Shown here: one piece after another, positions 18,232 through 26,778 of the stretch
How the letters are laid out: each line of letters starts with the position of its first letter
How positions within the stretch are numbered: position 1 is the first letter of the stretch
Source of the DNA: an uncultured Gammaproteobacteria bacterium
GTDB lineage: Bacteria; Patescibacteriota; Microgenomatia; Levybacterales; UBA12049
Direction: 5' to 3'
Length of the DNA: 64,000 bases
NCBI GenBank assembly: GCA_964391315.1
Contig: CAYMJR010000001.1
Coordinates: forward strand, 141,983-205,982
Program-made: the position numbers and the translations under genes
The notes under the pieces: generated by a model
Told to the model about the DNA's origin: nothing
What the model saw: only the letters and a program-made list of their open reading frames with translations
Databases searched by the model: none

Positions 18232-19656
18232 TTGTCTACAATAAATAGACACCCAATGCTGACCCAACGATCAAAATGGCTCATTTTTCTTCTTCTCGCA
18301 ATCGCGCAATTCATGATTGTGCTTGACGTGTCAATTACGAATGTCGCACTTCCAACAATCAAAGCAGATCTCCATTTTACCAATGAAACATTGCAGTGGG
18401 TTGTCACTGCATATGCTCTGACCTTTGGCGGTTTTTTACTTTTTGGCGGACGTGCTGCTGATCTATTTGGCAGACGCCGCATGCTTCTCATCGGCATGAC
18501 TTGTTTTACGATTTTTTCCTTCTTGATCGGTATTTCACAATCTGCAGTTCTGCTTATTATCCTTCGCGCGTTGCAGGGTCTTTCAGCTGCATTTATGTCT
18601 CCTGCTGCATTATCAACTGTCCTTGTCACATTTGAAGAAGGACCACAAAGAAATCAAGCTCTTGGTTACTGGTCACTGGTCGCAGCTGGTGGTGCTGCAG
18701 TTGGGCTTCTTCTTGGCGGTGCATTAACAGAATACTTCGGATGGAGATGGGACTTTTTTATCAATGTCCCTGTTGGCATTATCATCGCAACTAGCATTTA
18801 CCGCATTATCCCTGCCCGTGAACAGGAAGTCGAAAATTATCATTTAGACTTACCAGGAGCAATTCTTGTTACAACTGGACTTGTGACATTTGTCTTTGCT
18901 GTTAGCCAGGCACCCATCTGGGGTTGGATGAGTGCGGCAACTATTGGAACAATCATTGTCTCTTTACTGCTCATCATCGCGTTTATCTTTAATGAATCAA
19001 AAAGCCCATATCCTCTGATGCCTCTTTCAATTTTTAAAATTCGTAATATTGTAGGCGCCAACCTCATAATAGCTCCCGTTGCTGCAGGAATGTTTGGTAT
19101 GTTCTTTTTAATCTCTCTGTATATTCAATCAATCCTTCATTTCCCACCTGCTTTAACTGGGCTATGTTTTCTTCCTTTTCCGATCATTTTGGGATTTGTC
19201 TCAACTCGCGTACCGCGCTTTGTTTCACGATACGGATTCAAACCATTCCTCATCGCAGGCCCTTCGCTTGTCGCAATTGCCATTTCACTCTTTCTTAGGC
19301 TTCCTGCACATGGAAACTATTTTACAGACGTCTTGCCAACCCTCCTTATCATGCCAATTGGGATGGGTATGACCTTTATGCCGATTTATGCAGCTGCTAC
19401 CTCAGGTGTTGCCCCACAACAATCAGGCCTCGCATCAGGACTTATTAATACGTCTCAGCAAATTGGCGGAGCAATTGGACTTGCAGTCCTTTCAGAAATT
19501 GCTGCATCGATTACTGCAAACAATATCAATAATATAAATGATGTCGTTGCCGGATATCATACTGCCTTTGCCATCGCTGTTCTCTTTATTGTTTTTGCAA
19601 TCATTCTTGCACTCACTGTTATTCAATCTCCCCAAAAACCTCATCAAACAAAATAA
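18232..19656 (+). CDS. MFS transporter, DHA2/EmrB-QacA family
   Basis: LDVSITNVALP, GGRAADLFGRRR, GWRWDFFINVP; 14 TMs. Confidence 0.92.
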   Translation: MSTINRHPMLTQRSKWLIFLLLAIAQFMIVLDVSITNVALPTIKADLHFTNETLQWVVTAYALTFGGFLLFGGRAADLFGRRRMLLIGMTCFTIFSFLIGISQSAVLLIILRALQGLSAAFMSPAALSTVLVTFEEGPQRNQALGYWSLVAAGGAAVGLLLGGALTEYFGWRWDFFINVPVGIIIATSIYRIIPAREQEVENYHLDLPGAILVTTGLVTFVFAVSQAPIWGWMSAATIGTIIVSLLLIIAFIFNESKSPYPLMPLSIFKIRNIVGANLIIAPVAAGMFGMFFLISLYIQSILHFPPALTGLCFLPFPIILGFVSTRVPRFVSRYGFKPFLIAGPSLVAIAISLFLRLPAHGNYFTDVLPTLLIMPIGMGMTFMPIYAAATSGVAPQQSGLASGLINTSQQIGGAIGLAVLSEIAASITANNINNINDVVAGYHTAFAIAVLFIVFAIILALTVIQSPQKPHQTK

Positions 19657-19677
19657 TAATTGTGCTAGAATTTATCT

Positions 19678-21159
19678 ATGAAAAAAAGAAGCATTTTTAT
19701 TGTCCTGGGGATCTTTTTGCTTTTTGTACTCTTCGTTTTATTAGGACAGCTCACCAATCCTTACAGCGCAATTACCTTGATCAATTCTCCATTTCATACA
19801 AGTGTTGATAATAATGGTGAGATTATCCTCCAGCAAACCGCACCAGTCCATTTTACCAACAACTTCTTTGCGAAAAAATTTGCCAGTATCAATCAATCTT
19901 CCCGGTTTGTTTTTTCAACCCTCTTCCGGGAACAACCTTTCTCTGGCAATGAAGAGGAAATTATTGCAAAAATCCATACGCAATCATTTAACTCTACAAA
20001 ACCATATGTTATCAGTGGTACTCATTTTTCAGACATTTATGTCCGCAATCTTGGTGTGCAATATAACGCGGTTTTGGATAATAGAATTGCAACAGATAAA
20101 ACAGACTGGCTCAACCGCCAAGAAGCTATGTTGCAAGGTGTGGCGCTCAATCTTGAATTGTTGAAACAGTCGGGCAAAGAATACACTACGTTTATGCCGC
20201 TTCCCAACAATTATTATGCCGCGACCAATGTCTACACAGATCCTTCTGATTCATTATTTGGTGTTCTGTATGCACTCACTGCTCTTCGGGATGAAAATTT
20301 TATTCACAAGCTCTTCCCTGCTGACATCAAACAAAGCTATCCATTACAAACAAAACAAGCAGCAGATATGTTACTCCAGAAATATAAACCCTTTCTCCAA
20401 AAAGCAGTGACTGATTATCAAAATCAAATAGTGGATCCAAAAACAGGACTGATCAGAAAAGACATCACCCTTGCAAGTGCAAGAGATGGAATTAAACGAC
20501 AATCATCCTTTTATGACAATGTTATTTTGTGGGGAACAGTTAACATCGCACAAAATCTTGGCATTCTTGAGAAAAAACAAGACATGCAAGCATGGAAAGA
20601 AAAAATTATCAATACGTTTTGGGATGAAAAAGACGGTCTCTTTTTGGATGATCTCTCAACAGCGTCACAAAATGAGAAACGGTTTTCAGGAGACTCTTTT
20701 ATCGTCACCGGCAGCAGCTTTTTTGATTTGAAAAATTCCCAGGATAGAACCAAACTCCGCCGGATGATTGTATATGTTGAAAAAAATAAATTTGATCAAC
20801 CATTTCCTCTAAAATATGCAGAAAAAGATCACCCGGAAAATTTATATTGGCCAGTCAAGACATTTGCTCCTTCCTACATGGGTGAGACTATCTGGAGCAA
20901 CTGGGGTATAGAATATATCAAAGCATTGATTCTCCTTTCACCTGAGGATAAAACTCTGCTACAAACTGCCAACAAACACCTTATGTCTTACAAAAATAAT
21001 ATTGAACGGACTGGCGGCTATCCAGAGCTCTACGACACGTCAGGAAATATGTATAACACGCTTCTCTATCACAGTATTCTTCATACCAGTTGGGTCGTGG
21101 ATTACGAAGAAGCAAAAATGCTCCTTCAGACCGCACAAGGAAAGAGCCCTACACCTTAA
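19678..21159 (+). CDS. Membrane-anchored six-hairpin glycosidase-like protein
   Basis: N-terminal TM; Y.RN, ARDG, FWDE..G.F.D, YPELYD patterns. Confidence 0.55.
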   Translation: MKKRSIFIVLGIFLLFVLFVLLGQLTNPYSAITLINSPFHTSVDNNGEIILQQTAPVHFTNNFFAKKFASINQSSRFVFSTLFREQPFSGNEEEIIAKIHTQSFNSTKPYVISGTHFSDIYVRNLGVQYNAVLDNRIATDKTDWLNRQEAMLQGVALNLELLKQSGKEYTTFMPLPNNYYAATNVYTDPSDSLFGVLYALTALRDENFIHKLFPADIKQSYPLQTKQAADMLLQKYKPFLQKAVTDYQNQIVDPKTGLIRKDITLASARDGIKRQSSFYDNVILWGTVNIAQNLGILEKKQDMQAWKEKIINTFWDEKDGLFLDDLSTASQNEKRFSGDSFIVTGSSFFDLKNSQDRTKLRRMIVYVEKNKFDQPFPLKYAEKDHPENLYWPVKTFAPSYMGETIWSNWGIEYIKALILLSPEDKTLLQTANKHLMSYKNNIERTGGYPELYDTSGNMYNTLLYHSILHTSWVVDYEEAKMLLQTAQGKSPTP

Positions 21160-22057
21160 AAGCCTTTATTTCAGAATTTTTCAAAATATCCTTGTTATAT
21201 AAAAATGTCAATTGTTTTTTCATAATAGAAATTTCCAGACCTTCCCGCTGTTCTTCAGGATCTCCATCAATCTGAAGATATGGCTCTCCTTCGATCCTGA
21301 TGTGTGATGCTTTAAAGTGTACTTTGCCAAGTCGTGAATACAGTGGATGTTTAAATCCTCTAAGGCGAAGATTAGTCAGATAGGCAAACTTTGTCGAAAA
21401 AATCGTACAATCGAGAAGCCCGTCGTTGAGCTTTGCCTCAGGCGCTACATGATAATTGATACCGATAATAGGACTCTTCGCAATCATTAGCGAGGAAGCA
21501 AGAGCAGAAAGTGTGACGCGGTTATCAACAGTAATTTTCATATCACTATCCGGATGGAAAATAATACTACGAAATGCTGAGAGTGAATAGGAACGAAAAC
21601 CAATATATCGATATTTATGACGAGTATGCACAATTCTTGCATCAAAACCTGCGCTGATATTGAACATTCCAAGCGGAGATTTTGCTAAGTTCGTCTTCAT
21701 GACATCAATCGTAACTTTATATACAGGATGCAGAATTGCAGCCATTGCTTTTTCAGCTGTTTCAACACCAAAACAAGACGCAAGCGCATTACCAAATCCA
21801 AGTGGCAGAATAGCAAGAGTTGGTTTTTTTGGTAATGATAAGACAGCCTGACAGACGGTATTGATCGTCCCATCTCCTCCAGCGATGACAAGAGTCTTAC
21901 ATGGATGTCCTTTAAGAAAAGTAGATAAGTTGGAAATTTCGTTCACAGCAAACGCATTTTGTGCAATCTGAGGAAACTTATGAATCAGCATCTCCCAGTG
22001 TTTCTTCGCCATGCCGTCGTTGGAAAGTGGATTATACAAATAAAGCGTATCAATCAT
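21149..22057 (-). CDS. Diacylglycerol/lipid kinase family protein
   Basis: NP.S, AGGDGTIN, ILPLG.GN, GFDA, QIDGD; start set at MIDTL. Confidence 0.88.
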   Translation of the reverse strand: MIDTLYLYNPLSNDGMAKKHWEMLIHKFPQIAQNAFAVNEISNLSTFLKGHPCKTLVIAGGDGTINTVCQAVLSLPKKPTLAILPLGFGNALASCFGVETAEKAMAAILHPVYKVTIDVMKTNLAKSPLGMFNISAGFDARIVHTRHKYRYIGFRSYSLSAFRSIIFHPDSDMKITVDNRVTLSALASSLMIAKSPIIGINYHVAPEAKLNDGLLDCTIFSTKFAYLTNLRLRGFKHPLYSRLGKVHFKASHIRIEGEPYLQIDGDPEEQREGLEISIMKKQLTFLYNKDILKNSEIKAFKV

Positions 22058-22125
22058 GATTGTAATTTCTTCAATTATACACCACATTCCTTGCGATCTC
22101 TTCTGTTCTTTGATTAAATAAATAT

Positions 22126-22842
22126 ATGGACTCACAACCAGTACAACAACCACCTACCCAAACAGCAACAAACTCATTTCAGCAACCAATCAAAAAACAT
22201 CCAAGAACTCTCTCTTTCTTGATAAAAATAGTGCTTTTCTTTGTAATCGCTGTTGCCTTGCTTCTCGGCGGATATTATCTTGGCACACAATCCAACCCCA
22301 TAACTGCTTCACCAAAACCAATCCCAACAATGGCATCAATTCCTACAAAATCACCTACACCCCCTCCTCCGACACCCACACCTGCATCCCTTAATACAAA
22401 AAAAATTACCGCTGGTCTCTCAGGCAGTTCAGCGTTTCAACCATATACGATTGATATGCCAACTGACTGGACTGATGCCCGGGAGACAACAATTACCGCA
22501 GGTATTGATAAACTAACGTTTACAAAAAATAGCTATTTGGTAACGATATATCAATCAACCATAGGTGGAGACAAATGTGTGTATAAAGGCGACAAACCAC
22601 AAACTCTGGCACAAACATTCACAGATTTCGCAGATATCAATGGAAAAAGTGGCCACTACAGGCGTAGTTGGAATCAAAACGGTGGACAATCAATCACATA
22701 CACCATCTGTCAGAAGGCAGATGATGGATCATATAGCACCCTTACCACATTTGGTGCAATTAGCATTGTCTCGCCAAACCCAGCAACGACAGCCATGCTT
22801 TCTGAGATCGACGGTATGATCGCCTCCCTCGTCAAACAGTAA
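22126..22842 (+). CDS. Hypothetical membrane-anchored protein with Pro/Thr linker
   Basis: TM ending GGYYLG, PTPPPPTPTP linker. Confidence 0.7.
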   Translation: MDSQPVQQPPTQTATNSFQQPIKKHPRTLSFLIKIVLFFVIAVALLLGGYYLGTQSNPITASPKPIPTMASIPTKSPTPPPPTPTPASLNTKKITAGLSGSSAFQPYTIDMPTDWTDARETTITAGIDKLTFTKNSYLVTIYQSTIGGDKCVYKGDKPQTLAQTFTDFADINGKSGHYRRSWNQNGGQSITYTICQKADDGSYSTLTTFGAISIVSPNPATTAMLSEIDGMIASLVKQ

Positions 22843-22893
22843 ATTTTCTTAAAATCTGGCAAACCAACCATTTATTGTATATAATTACCACTC

Positions 22894-23265
22894 ATGAGCT
22901 TGAACGAGTCATTTAGATATGCAGTTTCAGATCTTATGCTGGAAAAATATCCAAGAGGTCCTGTTGAGGAAAAAGGACCAAATGGTGAACCTATAACAGT
23001 AGTAACACTTCCACGTGTAGCTGTTGGTGGACAACTTGTAGCATTCCGATCAGAGCAGAGCCTCCTTGGATATAAGGTTTCACAACTTTTTCCATTGGAA
23101 GATAAAACCATCGGAGAGAATGGGCTTCTACAAGTTACTGAGAGGAGAACAGGCGAAATTACTCTCGTTGAATTTGAAGAATTTCCAAATGTTAAAACTG
23201 CATTTAAAACAGCTATTAGACGTGCACGAAGAGCACATAGCAAAGCAATGAAAGTAAAGCCTTGA
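22894..23265 (+). CDS. Hypothetical protein
   Basis: 123-aa ORF preceded by TATAAT. Confidence 0.5.
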   Translation: MSLNESFRYAVSDLMLEKYPRGPVEEKGPNGEPITVVTLPRVAVGGQLVAFRSEQSLLGYKVSQLFPLEDKTIGENGLLQVTERRTGEITLVEFEEFPNVKTAFKTAIRRARRAHSKAMKVKP

Positions 23266-23301
23266 CAATCCTCCTTATGATTCTGTAATGTAAAACTGTA
23301 T

Positions 23302-24081
23302 ATGGCAAAGGCTGATCCAAGACTCTATCCTATCTTCTCTGTAGAAAATAATAAAAAACCTAACAGGATCCTCAACTTCCCTATCTTTGGGATCATTATA
23401 AAAATTATTATGCTTATCCCTGTTCTCATCGAAGCTTTTTTCCTTGGCATTGCCGCCATCGTTCTTTTGATCATTAATTGGTTTGTTATTTTATTTACCG
23501 GGCACTACTGGAACACCGCTTATAACTTTTTTGTTGGTTTGATACGATTTTATCTTAAAATAAAACTGTTCATTTTTGGTATTACAGATACCTATCCAGG
23601 CTTTGGACTAGACGATAAAGGACTATTTACGCTGAAGCTTGACAAACCCAAAAATCCAAACAGATGGTTTGCGATCCCACTTCTTGGTATCTTTGTCCGT
23701 TTTATTCTCCTTATTCCCTATCTGTTTTTTTCCGACATCATGCAACGAGGATCAGGTGTTGCTTTGTTCCTTTCGTGGTTTGTTATCCTTTTCAAGGGAA
23801 GACTACCAGAGCGTTACTATGAATTCGAGCGGGATTCACTTCGTGTATCTACAGCAGCAACGACATATATCATTGGTCTTTCAGATCTCTATCCAAGCTT
23901 TTATATCTCAATGGATCATCAAACAACAAAATTGCTTCTTATTATTGTCGGTACAGCATTATCCGTCTTTAATACCTTGGGATCGTTAGTCCCCTCTGGA
24001 AATTCTACAGATAATCCAAGTAGCTATCACCAGTATTACACACCACCATCGGATAATGGCCCTTACAACAATACGTACTAA
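23302..24081 (+). CDS. DUF4389-like membrane protein (two repeats)
   Basis: Repeated LIP..WFVILF.G..R...Y..G..D.YP.F. Confidence 0.75.
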   Translation: MAKADPRLYPIFSVENNKKPNRILNFPIFGIIIKIIMLIPVLIEAFFLGIAAIVLLIINWFVILFTGHYWNTAYNFFVGLIRFYLKIKLFIFGITDTYPGFGLDDKGLFTLKLDKPKNPNRWFAIPLLGIFVRFILLIPYLFFSDIMQRGSGVALFLSWFVILFKGRLPERYYEFERDSLRVSTAATTYIIGLSDLYPSFYISMDHQTTKLLLIIVGTALSVFNTLGSLVPSGNSTDNPSSYHQYYTPPSDNGPYNNTY

Positions 24082-24087
24082 TTGAAC

Positions 24088-24759
24088 TTATTTCGAAGCT
24101 TTAGAAGATTTAGTTTTAGTTGGTAAGAAGCTTCCTGTTACTAATCCAAATCCCAATCCAAGTATCGTTCCTCCGATCACGTCACTTGTCCAATGTTCGC
24201 CCAGATAAATCCGTGAAGTATACATTGTTACATCATATGCCACAAGAAGACAACAGATAATTATTTTTGTTCTAAGAGAAAATTTTGTGTTATTGAAAAT
24301 ATAAATTGCAAGAACTGTCGATATAAATGTTGCTCTTCCCGCGTGACCGGAAGGATAGGAAAAATCAGTACTGACATAAAATTGCGGAAAATTCACGATA
24401 TTTTCAGTTCTGAGCATAAAATGAGGTGGTGGCGGATGATTAACAAAATATTTTCCATAAAGCTCAATTATATGAAATCCAATAAAAAGCACCCATGCGC
24501 TTGCAACAGCCCAGAATCTCTTCTTAAACAATAAAACCCCTGAGATAATCAGTAAAACGACAGTCATTACTTCAAATTTCCCTACATCACTCAAAAAAGA
24601 AAACGGCCCATCAACTCTCCTACTAAGATGATCCTGCAGCCTTACTGTCGTATTAAAATCAAAACGGGTAAAGAGATTCTTGTGCACCAGAAAGGAGAAA
24701 AAGATAAAAAGAAAGAACAGAACTACTCCTGATAAGAAAAGTTTTACTCGTGTGGACAT
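24088..24759 (-). CDS. PAP2 family phosphatase
   Basis: SYPSGH and SRIYLGEHWTSDV; start set at MSTRV. Confidence 0.9.
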   Translation of the reverse strand: MSTRVKLFLSGVVLFFLFIFFSFLVHKNLFTRFDFNTTVRLQDHLSRRVDGPFSFLSDVGKFEVMTVVLLIISGVLLFKKRFWAVASAWVLFIGFHIIELYGKYFVNHPPPPHFMLRTENIVNFPQFYVSTDFSYPSGHAGRATFISTVLAIYIFNNTKFSLRTKIIICCLLVAYDVTMYTSRIYLGEHWTSDVIGGTILGLGFGLVTGSFLPTKTKSSKASK

Positions 24760-24802
24760 CTTATGATTATAATGAATCTTTGGAAACAACACAACCAAAG
24801 AC

Positions 24803-25702
24803 CTATTGGAGATCTAAACTCTTGAGGTATTTGCGGAATTCTCCATTAATATCAGGATGTTTGAGTCCAAATTCGATGACTGTCTTCAGATACTCCAATT
24901 TATTTCCGGTATCATAATACTTTCCATCTTTGATCTCTGCAGCAAGAATATGCTTCTTATCTGAAAGCATGAGCTTAAGAGCATCATTATAATAAAGCTC
25001 TTCGCCTTCTTTCAAATTTTCCATTGCCCGGTCGAGATAATCAAAAATCTCAGGTGTGAAGATAAATCCACTGACATTCGCAAGATCAGAAGGTGCTGCA
25101 TTCTTGCCTGGTTTTTCAATAAGAACTTCAACATCGATCAATCCATCTCGAAGCGTCTGACCACCGGCAAATCCATATCTATCATAATCTTCATCTTGCT
25201 TTGCCTTAATACTTGCCAGAACAGACCAACCAAACTCTTCATAAATCTCAATCAGCTGCTTAAATCGTGATTTTGGTTCTGCAAGAATGAAATCGTCACT
25301 CCAGGTATAGATAAATGGCTCATCGCCAATGATGCTTCGGACATTAAGAAGTGGTGTTCCATTGCCATATGGACCTTTCTGACGGACATAATGGAAATTT
25401 GCCATATCGGAGATTTTCTCAGTCTCTTCAAGAAGTGGCAGTTTTTTAGGTCCACCCATACGAAGATTTTCAATCAATTCCATGCTGGGGCGGTCAAAAT
25501 GATCTTCAATAGTTCTCTTATGGTATCCGGTAACGATAATGATATCTTCAATTCCTGCATCGACAAGTTCTTCAACAACAATTTGAATGATTGGTTTATC
25601 AACAACAGGAAGCATTTCCTTTGGCATTGCCTTGGTCTGTGGTAAAAATCTTGTTCCAAATCCCGCAGCTGGGATAACGGCTTTACGAATTTTCTTAGGC
25701 AT
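24803..25702 (-). CDS. galU: UTP--glucose-1-phosphate uridylyltransferase
   Basis: KAVIPAAGFGTRFLP.TKAMPKEMLPVVDKP, IEKP, YDTG. Confidence 0.92.
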   Translation of the reverse strand: MPKKIRKAVIPAAGFGTRFLPQTKAMPKEMLPVVDKPIIQIVVEELVDAGIEDIIIVTGYHKRTIEDHFDRPSMELIENLRMGGPKKLPLLEETEKISDMANFHYVRQKGPYGNGTPLLNVRSIIGDEPFIYTWSDDFILAEPKSRFKQLIEIYEEFGWSVLASIKAKQDEDYDRYGFAGGQTLRDGLIDVEVLIEKPGKNAAPSDLANVSGFIFTPEIFDYLDRAMENLKEGEELYYNDALKLMLSDKKHILAAEIKDGKYYDTGNKLEYLKTVIEFGLKHPDINGEFRKYLKSLDLQ

Positions 25703-25811
25703 AATATTGGTATTATAAACAAAAAGCTCCCGTTAAGTCTATATGCTTTTTTTGTCAGGAATGATCACAAATTATTACATATAGTATTTTCCTACTTATG
25801 GTTACTCTCTA

Positions 25812-26372
25812 TTAGACGGCTGGAGCTGCTGGCGGAGGCGTTGTCCCACCGTTAGTGTCGGTGCCTCCAGGTGTTGGCATTGGTGCTGGTTCTGGAGTTA
25901 CTGGTGCAGGTGCGCTCATTGGATCTGCTGCTGGCATGCTTGGTGCTACTGGAGCTGGTTCCGGAGCAACTGGTGTTGGCTCTGGTGTCACGGGTGTTGG
26001 CATTGGTGCTGGTTCTGGAGTTACTGGTGCAGGTGCGCTCATTGGATCTGCTGCTGGCATGCTTGGTGCTACTGGAGCTGGTTCCGGAGCAACTGGTGTT
26101 GGCTCTGGTGTCACGGGTGTTGGCATTGGTGCTGGTTCTGGAGTTACTGGTGCAGGTGCGCTCATTGGATCTGCTGCTGGCATGCTTGGTGCTACTGGAG
26201 CTGGTTCCGGAGCAACTGGTGTTGGCTCTGGTGTCACGGGTGTTGGCATTGGTGCTGGTTCTGGAGTTACTGGTGCAGGTGCGCTCATTGGATCCGCTGC
26301 TGGCATGCTTGGTGCTACTGGATCTGCTGGTGTTGTTGGATTCATTGGATTACTATTATTTGTGTTGTCCAT
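25812..26372 (-). CDS. Pro/Ala/Thr-rich repeat protein (41-aa unit)
   Basis: ATG start with upstream TTGACA-17-TAATCT; minus-strand frame is the plausible one. Confidence 0.65.
   Translation of the reverse strand: MDNTNNSNPMNPTTPADPVAPSMPAADPMSAPAPVTPEPAPMPTPVTPEPTPVAPEPAPVAPSMPAADPMSAPAPVTPEPAPMPTPVTPEPTPVAPEPAPVAPSMPAADPMSAPAPVTPEPAPMPTPVTPEPTPVAPEPAPVAPSMPAADPMSAPAPVTPEPAPMPTPGGTDTNGGTTPPPAAPAV
25870..26322. repeat. 123-bp tandem repeat, about 3.7 near-identical copies
   Basis: GGCATTGGTGCTGG recurs at 25876, 25999, 26122, 26245. Confidence 0.95.
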
Positions 26373-26449
26373 ACTATATATTATGTAACTAGATTAACAA
26401 GACAAGCAATCCTTGTCAATCCCCAAAATAACAACCCTTGCTGCTTTGT

Positions 26450-26478
26450 TTGACTAATATCTTGTGAATGACTATAAT
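26450..26478 (+). promoter_or_regulatory. Sigma70-type promoter of glmS
   Basis: TTGACT-17 nt-TATAAT. Confidence 0.8.
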
Positions 26479-26515
26479 CATATTGTTCTTTGAAAGAGTA
26501 GACGTATAGACAACG

Positions 26516-26728
26516 AGCGCAAGGCCCTGAGTCCTGAGTTAACCGAAGGATCGAAGGGTTACGAGGAAGAAGGCTCCGATTAAATCGGAGGTTCGGACGT
26601 CAGCTCAGCTTACTGTAAACCAAGTTTAGCTGCTGACAGGATCTGCGGAAACCTTCAAGTGATAATTGTCACTTCAATGTTCTTTTCAAATCAGGAAGTA
26701 ATTCTTATCCAAAGAAAGAACAACAATT
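26516..26728 (+). ncRNA. glmS ribozyme/riboswitch (variant with inserted hairpins)
   Basis: A|GCGCA cleavage site pairing with TGCG (P2.2); P1 GCCCT/AGGGT; ACGAGG; P2 GAAGG/CCTTC; P3 AAGTGA/TCACTT; P4 TGTTCTTT/AAAGAACA with CAAA/CAAAG loop and GTAA tetraloop; lies directly upstream of glmS. Confidence 0.85.
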
Positions 26729-26778
26729 TCTACTCATAACTTCAAAGAACCACAAAACTTAAATTTACATCTTAATTT

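Noticed and set aside
22872-23243. Minus-strand 123-aa ORF
   Set aside because: Mirror of the plus-strand ORF, which has a TATAAT upstream and more protein-like composition
25870-26322. CRISPR array
   Set aside because: Contiguous 123-bp units with no unique spacers; no cas genes in the window
25855-26392. Plus-strand Gly-rich and Leu/Val-rich repeat ORFs
   Set aside because: Antisense shadows of the Pro-rich repeat; promoter and ATG favour the minus strand
26484-26495. boxA-like TGTTCTTTGAAA (also GCTCTTTGA at 6231)
   Set aside because: Both sit at the predicted TSS and are explained by RNA stem pairing; no rRNA operon follows
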